DNA of 64,000 bases from an uncultured Fibrobacteraceae bacterium. Its GTDB lineage: Bacteria > Krumholzibacteriota > Krumholzibacteriia > LZORAL124-64-63. The number at the start of each line of letters is the position of its first letter. Position 1 is the first letter of the stretch. The DNA is taken from positions 25,166-89,165 of the forward strand of contig CAYLIV010000008.1 in assembly GCA_964384055.1 (NCBI GenBank), read 5' to 3'. The notes below the pieces were generated by a model, which searched no databases, had not been told where the DNA came from, and saw only the letters and a list, made by a program, of their open reading frames with translations. Below, in pieces: positions 49,597-57,870 of the stretch. The translations under genes were made by a program, and so were the position numbers.

Positions 49597-50751
49597 TCAA
49601 CGCTCAGCCGCCAGTTCCTCGATGGTCTCGGCCAGCGTATCCCAGGAGTATTTCCGCTTTTCCCTGGCCACCTCGGCGGCGAAGGGCTCGGCCCGATCCT
49701 CATCGAAGAACCGGATGACGGCCGCGGCCAGCGCAGCCGCGTCCCGTGGCGGCACCAGATATCCGGTCGCACCGTCGTGAACCACTTCCGGCAAGCCGCC
49801 CACATCGGTGGTCACCACGGGTCGGTCGTAGTTGTAGGCGATCTGCACGATACCGCTCTGGGTCGCCGAGACGTAGGGCAGCACGACGAGATCGGCGGCC
49901 ACGAAATAGTCCTCCACCGTTTCGTCGGGCACGAAGCCGTCGTGCAGTTCGATGATGTCGTCCGCGCCGCTGGCGGCGATCCGGTCCAGATACGGCTGTC
50001 GGTCACCGTAGATATCGCCGACGATGGCCACGCGCACGCCTCGACCGAAGGCGGTCTTGAGCCGGGGCGCCGCGTCGATCAGGTACTCCACACCCTTGTA
50101 CGGTTTTATGAACCCGAAGAACAGGACCAGCCGCGCGTCCAGCGGCAGGTCGAGATCCTGTCGAGCCTGGCGACGGCTCTTGCGTTCGCGTCCCGGCGCG
50201 CCGAAATCGTACACCGGGTGCGGCGAGAGGACCACCGTTGCCGGATCAAGTGTCGGCAACACAGCGAACAGATCGTCGCGGACCTGCTGCGACTGGGCGA
50301 CGAAACCATGCCCCTGGCGCAATGCGAGTCGCGTCAGTACACGCCCCAGCGGATACTTCTCGTGGGGAATCACGTTGTCGAGAATGTACACGACGCGAAT
50401 GTTCGTCCGCCGGCGTAGCAGCCAGGTCACGGCAAAATAGCCCGGCGCAAAAAACGGGATCCAGTACTTGATCACCACCGCCGCGGGCGCCGCGGCCCGC
50501 AGATCCCGGTAACACCGCCACCAGCTCCAGGGCGACCAGGGTATGAACCGCGGCTGGTTCGCGTGCTGCAACCAGGACGCCGACTCGCCCTCCTGTTCCG
50601 TACCGGGAAACAGGAAACGCGGGTACTGCCGGCGAAAAGACGCCCAGAACACCTCGTGCCCGCGCGCTTCGAGAATCCGGATCAGCATGGCGAGGTAGGT
50701 GACGATACCGCCCCGCAGCGGCGGTGCCGGGCCAAGCACGGCCAGCTTCAT
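49597..50751 (-). CDS. glycosyltransferase family 4 (GT-B)
   Basis: Start MKLAVLGPAPP, with an ATGA overlap to the upstream stop. C-terminal GT4 motif EGFGLP-like (VGGLPEVVHDGATGYLV). Confidence 0.7.
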   Translation of the reverse strand: MKLAVLGPAPPLRGGIVTYLAMLIRILEARGHEVFWASFRRQYPRFLFPGTEQEGESASWLQHANQPRFIPWSPWSWWRCYRDLRAAAPAAVVIKYWIPFFAPGYFAVTWLLRRRTNIRVVYILDNVIPHEKYPLGRVLTRLALRQGHGFVAQSQQVRDDLFAVLPTLDPATVVLSPHPVYDFGAPGRERKSRRQARQDLDLPLDARLVLFFGFIKPYKGVEYLIDAAPRLKTAFGRGVRVAIVGDIYGDRQPYLDRIAASGADDIIELHDGFVPDETVEDYFVAADLVVLPYVSATQSGIVQIAYNYDRPVVTTDVGGLPEVVHDGATGYLVPPRDAAALAAAVIRFFDEDRAEPFAAEVAREKRKYSWDTLAETIEELAAER

Positions 50752-51821
50752 GGCTGCTCCAGCAGTTGCACGGCCGCTTCCTCCACCGTTGCCGGCCGGA
50801 GCGTCTCGAGACAGAAATTCTCGTTGGTACAGGTCGGCTGGAAAAAACAGGTGCACGTCTGCTCAGGCGCCAGAATCACGCCGCGACCATACAGTTCGAA
50901 CTCGTTGGGGTTGAATATGTTATTGAGCAAAACAAGTTTCTTGCCCAGTCCCAGCGCGATATGCATGGCCATGGTGACGGCGGTGACCACCAGATCGCAC
51001 CGGTCAACCAGTCCGATGAATGTCGGCAGGTCGAAATGCCCCGGATAGGTTGCGCCCGACGCCACGGCGAGCCGCTGGTTCTTCGCGTGCTCCTCCGGTC
51101 CGCCCAGCAGGACCACCGCATTGCCGCGTTTGCGGAGGGACTTGGCAAGATCGACCCAGTACATATCCGGCCAGCGACGGCTCACCCAGCGCCCACCGCA
51201 GCCGGTGTTCAAGCCGATGGTCGCCTTGCCCGTCGGCAAGCTGAACTGCGGCGCCGGCTGGGGACGGTCGATCCGGTACTCCTCGCCGTTGAATTCGTAG
51301 CCGCAGATGGCGAAGATCTCCTGCAGATACGACAGCCGGCACGCCTGGTTCACATCGTCGAACAGACCGGTCAGGAACTTGTCCTCCGCGGGCCCCGTGC
51401 CCAGCGGTCGGGGCAACCCGTCGCGTTCGAGCGAGAAACCGATCTTGCGATTCCCGACCACCTCGGCCGCCAGCGCGCAGGCCTGACGGTCCTTGTCGAG
51501 GTTGATCACCAGGTCGAATTCGGTGTGCCGCGCCCAGAGCACGGCGGCGGCGTCGAAACGCAGCGGATCGGACACCGTGGCCGGCAACAGCTCAGGATAG
51601 TCGGTGATCCAGGTCAACAGGTGCTGCGGATAGTCGCGCGTGAGCGGCGCGAGCAGGGGCGTGGTGCGGATCACGTCGCCGGCGGCGCCGAGCTTGATCA
51701 ACAGAATCCGACCCGCGCGCTCGACGAAATGGGGACAGTCGGTGCAGTGGACACCCTCGCGTTTGTGCGCCGCGCACGGAATGTGCCCCCGGAAGTGCAG
51801 ACAGTCTGGCCGGTAGTCCAT
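50748..51821 (-). CDS. glycosyltransferase family 9 (heptosyltransferase-like) with N- and C-terminal Cys clusters
   Basis: GT9 core (ILLIKLGAAGDVIRTTPLL...GATIGLNTGCGGRW...LGGPEE). N-terminal CxxxxxxC...CxxC (CLHFRGHIPCAAHKREGVHCTDCPHF) and C-terminal CTCFFQPTCTNENFC. Confidence 0.65.
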   Translation of the reverse strand: MDYRPDCLHFRGHIPCAAHKREGVHCTDCPHFVERAGRILLIKLGAAGDVIRTTPLLAPLTRDYPQHLLTWITDYPELLPATVSDPLRFDAAAVLWARHTEFDLVINLDKDRQACALAAEVVGNRKIGFSLERDGLPRPLGTGPAEDKFLTGLFDDVNQACRLSYLQEIFAICGYEFNGEEYRIDRPQPAPQFSLPTGKATIGLNTGCGGRWVSRRWPDMYWVDLAKSLRKRGNAVVLLGGPEEHAKNQRLAVASGATYPGHFDLPTFIGLVDRCDLVVTAVTMAMHIALGLGKKLVLLNNIFNPNEFELYGRGVILAPEQTCTCFFQPTCTNENFCLETLRPATVEEAAVQLLEQP

Positions 51822-52012
51822 GGTTCTCCGTACTCCGATTCTTCGCGCTCTGGTACGACCTCGGGTTGATCTCTGGACGAAGTCGCCTATACTCAGCAGG
51901 GAATGTACCGGATGATTCGATGGAACTCAAGCAAGCACGCGGGTCACAGCGATGATCCGCCAGCGATGCCAGACATACTGACCAGGCGACGGCGTCACGC
52001 GCCAAGAAAGGG

Positions 52013-53119
52013 TTGGCTGTGATTAACTCGGTACGCGGATGTTTATTTTGGTTCGGGCGGAAACCCGGATTCTGTTCACGCTGGCGCTGGCTCGGTTGCC
52101 TGCTCGGCTACATGCTGTGCTGTTGCGCCGGCGGTCTGATGGTCACGACGGCCAGTGCCGCCGCCGATCACGTCGATGTCACGGTCGAGATCGTCAACGG
52201 CACCGATCGTCAGCCCGGCCGGGCGGATCTGGTGGCGATCAGCGAGCTCGAAGCGACCGGACGGCAACTCGACAGCACCCGCGACGTGACGGGGCAGGTC
52301 GTATTCGCGCAGTTGCAGCTCGATGCAGCGAAACAGTATCTGATACACGCGCAGGCCGGCGGCGTCGATTACTACGCCCGCCGCAGCGGCGCGGATCTGG
52401 CCCGGGAACAGGCCATTGTGTACACCTTTTCCCACAGCTCGTCCCTCGACGGAGTGACGATCTCGGGCATGAACGTCGTGCTCCGGCGTCGGGAATCGAC
52501 GCTGGCGATCGAGTACATCCTGACCATCGAGAACCAGGCCCGACCCCAGGTGACGGTGGTGCCCGACCCCGCCACTCTCGAGCTCGCCTTCCCCGCCGGT
52601 TGCGGGGCGTTCAAAGCCGAGAACCTGCGTGGTCCGGAGCCGACGCCTGTAGCTTCGCGCCCGGGATCGAGCGCCGAGTTCACGGGATTCGCCCTGAACC
52701 TGATCCCCGGCTCGACCCAGGTCCGTGTCACCACGACGGTACACTACGGCGGCGAGCTCGGTCTGCCGATCGGCGCAAACCTGCCGGTGACCGAATGGAG
52801 TCTGCTGGCCTTCCCGCCGGATCTGGAAATAATCCACGCCGAATTCTCTCCGGGCACGATCAACGAGGCGCGGTCGTACCGACGTTTCGTCGGTTCGCCC
52901 CTCGATGCGGGCCGTGTCCTGCAGGTCCTGGTCGGCGGCGGCACGCCACCAAAAGTTGCCGAGCGCGTGTTCACGCAGGCGTCCGACGGTGATCCGGAGG
53001 CCGCGGCTGCCGGTGGTGAAAGCGCACTCGGAATCGGTTTCGGTCAGATTGCGGTCGTGCTCGTGCTGGCGCTCCTGGCCGCCGTTGTCGTGCGCGTCAT
53101 ACGTAGTCGACAGGGCTGA
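52013..53119 (+). CDS. hypothetical secreted protein with C-terminal TM anchor
   Basis: Long signal-like N-terminus. A beta-rich middle region. C-terminal hydrophobic helix IAVVLVLALLAAVVVRVIRSRQG. Start codon uncertain (TTG 52013, GTG 52019 or ATG 52112). Confidence 0.45.
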   Translation: MAVINSVRGCLFWFGRKPGFCSRWRWLGCLLGYMLCCCAGGLMVTTASAAADHVDVTVEIVNGTDRQPGRADLVAISELEATGRQLDSTRDVTGQVVFAQLQLDAAKQYLIHAQAGGVDYYARRSGADLAREQAIVYTFSHSSSLDGVTISGMNVVLRRRESTLAIEYILTIENQARPQVTVVPDPATLELAFPAGCGAFKAENLRGPEPTPVASRPGSSAEFTGFALNLIPGSTQVRVTTTVHYGGELGLPIGANLPVTEWSLLAFPPDLEIIHAEFSPGTINEARSYRRFVGSPLDAGRVLQVLVGGGTPPKVAERVFTQASDGDPEAAAAGGESALGIGFGQIAVVLVLALLAAVVVRVIRSRQG

Positions 53120-53225
53120 TACGCCGGCGGGTACCGCCCCGCCAACCGCAAGCGGCGATAAATGCTGAAACAACTTCGGCACAAGACGACGATTGCGGGA
53201 GACAACAAACGCAAGAGGTAAACGG

Positions 53226-55094
53226 ATGAACCTGCGTAAGGTCGTATTTAGCGGTCTGCTGCTCGTCCTTGTCGGTGCTGCGGCGCTGGTCGCGCTCAGC
53301 CTGAGCCGACGTTCGGCAAATGAGCCCGCGCCGCCCAGCGTGCAGCAGCTTCTGGCTGCCGCCGACACGCCGGGCCCGGCGGAAGTCGACCAGTTCCTGG
53401 CCGAGTACAACACCACCTACCGCATGCTCTGGACCGCAGCCGAAGGTTCCGCCTGGGACGCCAACACCGACATCAGCGAGGCGTCAACCCAGAAGCGCAT
53501 CGAGGCCAATCAGAACCTGGGCGACTACGTGGGCAGCCGGCTGATCATCGAACAGCTGCGCGAATATCGCGCCCGGCACGACCTGTCGCCGTTGCAGGAG
53601 CGGCAGCTCGAGGTCGCCTGGCAGCTGGCCGCCCACTACCCCGGCACGTCGCCGGCGACGGTGGAAAGTCTGATCACGGCCGAGGCCCTGCAGAACGAGA
53701 AGCTGTATGCCTTTACCTACCGGCTACAGACACCGGGGCGCGACACGCGGACGGTTACCCCCAACGAGATCGACGAGCTGCTCCAGAACAGCCGCAATCT
53801 CGAGGAACGCCTCGCCGTCTGGCAGTGCAGCAAAGAGGTCGGCCCCTCGCTGCAGGATGGTCTGGCCACGCTGCAACAGCTGCGCAACGCGGTCGCCCTC
53901 GAGATGGGCTACACCTCGTTCTTCGGTCTCGAGGTGGCCGATTACGGCATGAGCAGCCGCGAGATGCTGACACTGATGGACGAATTGATCGACGGTATCG
54001 CGCCCCTCTATCGCCAGCTGCACTGCTGGGTGAAACACGAATTGGCGGTGCGCTACGGTGTGGCGGTACCGCGTCGCATACCCGCGCACTGGGTCGGCAA
54101 TCGCTGGGCGCAGGAGTGGCCGGGCATTGTCCAGGGCATCGATCTGGACAGTCTGTTCCAGGGCCGCAATCCCCAGTGGATCGTCGAACAGGCCGAACGC
54201 TTCTACACCTCACTGGGGTTTGCGAATCTGCCCGTGACTTTCTGGGGCCGTTCCGATCTGTTCGAATTGCCCGCTGGCGCGACCCGCAAGAAGAACACCC
54301 ATGCCTCGGCCTGGCACATCGATCTCGACCAGGACGTGCGCAGCCTCATGAGCGTCACGGCCAACTACCGCTGGTTCACCACGACCCACCACGAGCTGGG
54401 GCATATCTACTACTACCTCGCCTACAGCCGGCCGGAGGTGCCCTCCATCCTGCGCACCGGCGCCAATCGCGCCTTCCACGAAGGCATCGGCACCCTGATC
54501 GAGCTGGCCAGCAACCAGATACCCTACTTCGTCCAGGTCGGTCTGCTGCAGGAGCACGAGGCGCCCGAGCAGATCCGTTGGCTGCTCAGCCAGGCGTTGC
54601 TGGGACCGGTGGTATTCATACCCTTCGCTTGCGGCACCATGACCCACTGGGAGTACGACTTCTACGAGCAAGGGCTGACGCCGGAGCAGTACAACGCCCG
54701 CTGGTGGCAATACGCGGGGCAATACCAGGGCATCGATGCGCCGGGAGAGCGGGGCGCCGAGTTCTGCGATCCGGCCACCAAGACGCACATCAACAACGAC
54801 CCGGCGCAGTACTACGACTACGCTGTGTCCCACGTGATCCTGCATCAGCTCCATCGACACATCTGCCGGAATATCCTGAAGACCGATGTGCGCTCGGCCA
54901 ACTACTACGGCAGCCAGAGTGTCGGCATGTATCTGCAATCGATCCTGGAACTGGGCGCCACTCGCGACTGGCAGCAGGTCATGCGCGACGCCACGGGACA
55001 GGAACTGTCCAGCCAGGCCATGATCGAATACTTCCAGCCGTTGCTGGAGTGGCTGCAGCAGGAAAACGCCGGACGGGATGTGCAGTTCGATTGA
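53226..55094 (+). CDS. peptidase M2 (angiotensin-converting-enzyme-like peptidyl-dipeptidase A)
   Basis: RBS agagg before ATG at 53226. Signal/anchor MNLRKVVFSGLLLVLVGAAALVALSL. Zinc motif TTTHHELGHIYYYLAY...RTGANRAFHEGIGTLIE aligns with ACE HHEMGHIQYY...GANPGFHEAIGD. Confidence 0.8.
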   Translation: MNLRKVVFSGLLLVLVGAAALVALSLSRRSANEPAPPSVQQLLAAADTPGPAEVDQFLAEYNTTYRMLWTAAEGSAWDANTDISEASTQKRIEANQNLGDYVGSRLIIEQLREYRARHDLSPLQERQLEVAWQLAAHYPGTSPATVESLITAEALQNEKLYAFTYRLQTPGRDTRTVTPNEIDELLQNSRNLEERLAVWQCSKEVGPSLQDGLATLQQLRNAVALEMGYTSFFGLEVADYGMSSREMLTLMDELIDGIAPLYRQLHCWVKHELAVRYGVAVPRRIPAHWVGNRWAQEWPGIVQGIDLDSLFQGRNPQWIVEQAERFYTSLGFANLPVTFWGRSDLFELPAGATRKKNTHASAWHIDLDQDVRSLMSVTANYRWFTTTHHELGHIYYYLAYSRPEVPSILRTGANRAFHEGIGTLIELASNQIPYFVQVGLLQEHEAPEQIRWLLSQALLGPVVFIPFACGTMTHWEYDFYEQGLTPEQYNARWWQYAGQYQGIDAPGERGAEFCDPATKTHINNDPAQYYDYAVSHVILHQLHRHICRNILKTDVRSANYYGSQSVGMYLQSILELGATRDWQQVMRDATGQELSSQAMIEYFQPLLEWLQQENAGRDVQFD

Positions 55095-55146
55095 GGTGAA
55101 CCGCGCCAGGGTGGTGCGGCGGGGTTATTTCCCGGTGGGTGATGTC

Positions 55147-55635
55147 ATGAGTATCGAGTTCGCAGCGATCGGACACGTGCGCAGTCCGTTTACCGATCCG
55201 GCAGGCATGCCGATCCAGCCGTCGCGCGCCCGCGATGTCGCCGGAACCGTTGAGCTCCTGCCCGAGTACGCCGAGGGCCTGGTTGATCTCGACGGCTTCT
55301 CGCACATCATACTGCTGTACCATTTCCACCGATCGTCCGGTTTCGCACTGAAGGTCACGCCGTTCCTCGACGACGTACCCCGCGGCCTGTTCTCAACCCG
55401 CGCGCCCAGACGGCCGAATCCCATCGGCCTGTCCATCGTCGAGTTGCGGAGCATCGAGGACACCGTCCTTTCCATCGTCGGCGTCGACATGCTCGACGGC
55501 ACGCCGGTACTCGATATCAAGCCCTACGTCGGCGAATTCGACGCCCGTACGCCGTCGCGCGGCGGCTGGTTCGACGAGGCGCGGTATCGCCGGCGACGGG
55601 TCGAGGCAGACGATCGTTTCCGTTCACCAGAATAA
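55147..55635 (+). CDS. trmO: tRNA (N6-threonylcarbamoyladenosine(37)-N6)-methyltransferase TrmO (TsaA/YaeB family)
   Basis: TsaA-like N-terminus SIEFAAIGHVRSPF and the conserved GTPVLDIKPY. Confidence 0.75.
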   Translation: MSIEFAAIGHVRSPFTDPAGMPIQPSRARDVAGTVELLPEYAEGLVDLDGFSHIILLYHFHRSSGFALKVTPFLDDVPRGLFSTRAPRRPNPIGLSIVELRSIEDTVLSIVGVDMLDGTPVLDIKPYVGEFDARTPSRGGWFDEARYRRRRVEADDRFRSPE

Positions 55636-55651
55636 CGCGGCTGGACCATTC

Positions 55652-56884
55652 ATGAAGATCCTCCACCTCCTGAGTCAACGGCCCGATTCGACCGGCAGCG
55701 GCATTTACGTCCAGGCGATGCTGCGCGCGGCAGCCGATCGCGGCCACACGAATCACCTGCTGGCCGGAGTCCCGGCCGACGAGGTACCGGACCCCGCCGG
55801 CTTCGCGGCAGCCGCCTGTTCCTTCGTGGGTTTCGGCAGCGACTCGCTGCCACTGCCCATCGTCGGCATGAGTGACGTCATGCCCTACCCGAGCGCGCGG
55901 TTCCGGGATCTTACGAACACCCAGATCGAGAACTATCGTGACCGATTTCGGGAGGTATTGCGTAAGGCGGTCGAAGCTTTCACGCCGGACCTGATCCACT
56001 CCCACCACCTGTGGCTGCTGACCGCCACGGCGCGCGAGCAGTACCCCGAGTTGCCGCTGGTGACGAGCTGCCACGGCTCGGACCTGCGACAGTTTCGTCA
56101 GTGTGCCGATCTGCGGCCGCTGGTCCAGGATCCGTGCCGCCGGCTGGACGGCGTGTTCGCCCTGAGCCGGGCGGCGCGGCGGGACATCGTCGAGCTGTAC
56201 GGTATCGATGCCGTGCGGGTGCATGTGGTCGGCGCCGGCTACAACGCGGCGCTGTTCCGCCCGGCGGAGCCGCCGGCGGACGATCGCCGTGCTGGACCCG
56301 TCCAGATCGTCTATGCGGGCAAACTGAGCCGGGCCAAGGGCGTGCCCTGGCTGCTACGGGCGCTCGCGACCATAGAACAGCCGGCGTGGCGGCTGCATGT
56401 GGTGGGTGGCGGCAGTGGCGAAGAGCGGCTGGAATGTCTCGATCTGGCCACCGAGCTGGGCGAGCGGGCGGTTGTGCACGGCGCGCTGCCGCAGCCGGAG
56501 CTGGCCGAGCTGTTGCGCCGGTCCCACCTGTTCGTTTTGCCCTCGCTCTTCGAAGGATTGCCGCTGGTCCTGCTCGAGGCGCTCGCCAGCGGCTGCCGGC
56601 TGGTGGCGACGGCGTTACCCGGTGTGCAGGAAGTGCTCGGGGATCTGGATGAACATTATCTGAGCCTGGTGCCCCTGCCGGCGCTGCGCGGCGTCGACAC
56701 CCTCGCGCCGGGCGCCGACGCGGCATTCACCGCGAATATCGCCGCGGCCCTCGCGTCGCAACTGCGGTGCGCCGAGCAGCAGCCGGTCGTCGACCTCGAT
56801 CCGATCACCGACCGGCTCGATACCTACACCTGGACACGGGTCTTCAGCCGGATCGAAACCGTGTACCGGGCGGTACGTCAGTAG
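55652..56884 (+). CDS. glycosyltransferase family 4 (GT-B)
   Basis: MKILHLLSQRPDSTGSGIYV N-terminus. C-terminal LPSLFEGLPLVLLEALASGCRLVAT is the E-x7-E GT4 motif. Confidence 0.7.
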   Translation: MKILHLLSQRPDSTGSGIYVQAMLRAAADRGHTNHLLAGVPADEVPDPAGFAAAACSFVGFGSDSLPLPIVGMSDVMPYPSARFRDLTNTQIENYRDRFREVLRKAVEAFTPDLIHSHHLWLLTATAREQYPELPLVTSCHGSDLRQFRQCADLRPLVQDPCRRLDGVFALSRAARRDIVELYGIDAVRVHVVGAGYNAALFRPAEPPADDRRAGPVQIVYAGKLSRAKGVPWLLRALATIEQPAWRLHVVGGGSGEERLECLDLATELGERAVVHGALPQPELAELLRRSHLFVLPSLFEGLPLVLLEALASGCRLVATALPGVQEVLGDLDEHYLSLVPLPALRGVDTLAPGADAAFTANIAAALASQLRCAEQQPVVDLDPITDRLDTYTWTRVFSRIETVYRAVRQ

Positions 56885-56942
56885 CCTCGGGATTGACCGC
56901 CCGCTGTTCCGCCGTCACAAATTCGCGGCATCGCGCTGCCTG

Positions 56943-57791
56943 CTAGCCCTGGACGTGCTCCATGGTCTCGTAGTCCAGGGTCGAGCCGTGCAGGCTGTGC
57001 GGGATGGCGAAGATCACCAGAGTGACCACCATCGCGGCAACCGCCCACCAGCGGCCGGGCGTACACCGGCTCGCCAGTTTCCCCTGGCTCGGGCGCGCGC
57101 GGGTTCGGACCACGGCGATCACCCAGAACAGCACCGCCACCGCCAGCTTGTTGTCGGTCAGATCCTCGCCCAGGGGCCAGCCGGTCCAGTAGGCATCGAA
57201 GGCATATTTCTGCACGACGGGGCCGAGCAACAGCCCCCCCACGCCGATCAAGAGCAGGGTGACCAGGGCCTGTCGGCGCAGCGCGGGCCCGCGAGCAAAG
57301 GCCTCGAAACCGGTGCGCAACGACCACAGCATGCCCAGGAACATGCACGCCACGTGGACGATCAGGACGGCGACCGGCACATCGCCCTTGAAGCGGGCGA
57401 CCGCCGTCTCATCGGCGGGCAGGACGAGTTGCGCGCCAGCCGCTTCCAGTTCAACACGATACTCGAGCTTGCCGGCGGCCGGCTGGGCGGGCAAGGTCGT
57501 GCGTAGCTCTCCCTGCTCGAGGACCAGCGCCTGTCGCGACCATTCATCGTTGGTCGGATAGCGTCGCCAGACGACCTCGCCGGTCACCCGATCGCTGCTA
57601 CCGTTGATCTCTATTCTGACCGGCAGGTCACCGTTGATACTATGCGTGCGCAGGAGCTTGCCCTTGATTTCCACCTGGCCGAGTTGCTCGCCGAACCGGA
57701 TCGGATAGGTCGGACCGGTCGTCTTCTGCCAGAAGGCCGACCCGAGTGTGATCAGGAAGGCGACAATCCACAAAACCGTGCTCTTTCGCAC
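56943..57791 (-). CDS. hypothetical polytopic membrane protein (N-terminal TM, periplasmic beta-rich domain, 4 C-terminal TM helices)
   Basis: Hydrophobicity pattern and coding periodicity; no recognisable family. Confidence 0.5.
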   Translation of the reverse strand: MRKSTVLWIVAFLITLGSAFWQKTTGPTYPIRFGEQLGQVEIKGKLLRTHSINGDLPVRIEINGSSDRVTGEVVWRRYPTNDEWSRQALVLEQGELRTTLPAQPAAGKLEYRVELEAAGAQLVLPADETAVARFKGDVPVAVLIVHVACMFLGMLWSLRTGFEAFARGPALRRQALVTLLLIGVGGLLLGPVVQKYAFDAYWTGWPLGEDLTDNKLAVAVLFWVIAVVRTRARPSQGKLASRCTPGRWWAVAAMVVTLVIFAIPHSLHGSTLDYETMEHVQG

Positions 57792-57870
57792 CGGAAACCT
57801 CGCTTGGATTGGGGGAAATTCGTATGAACGAGCTACATGGTAGTTGCAGGAGCGCGTTTTGACTAGTGGT

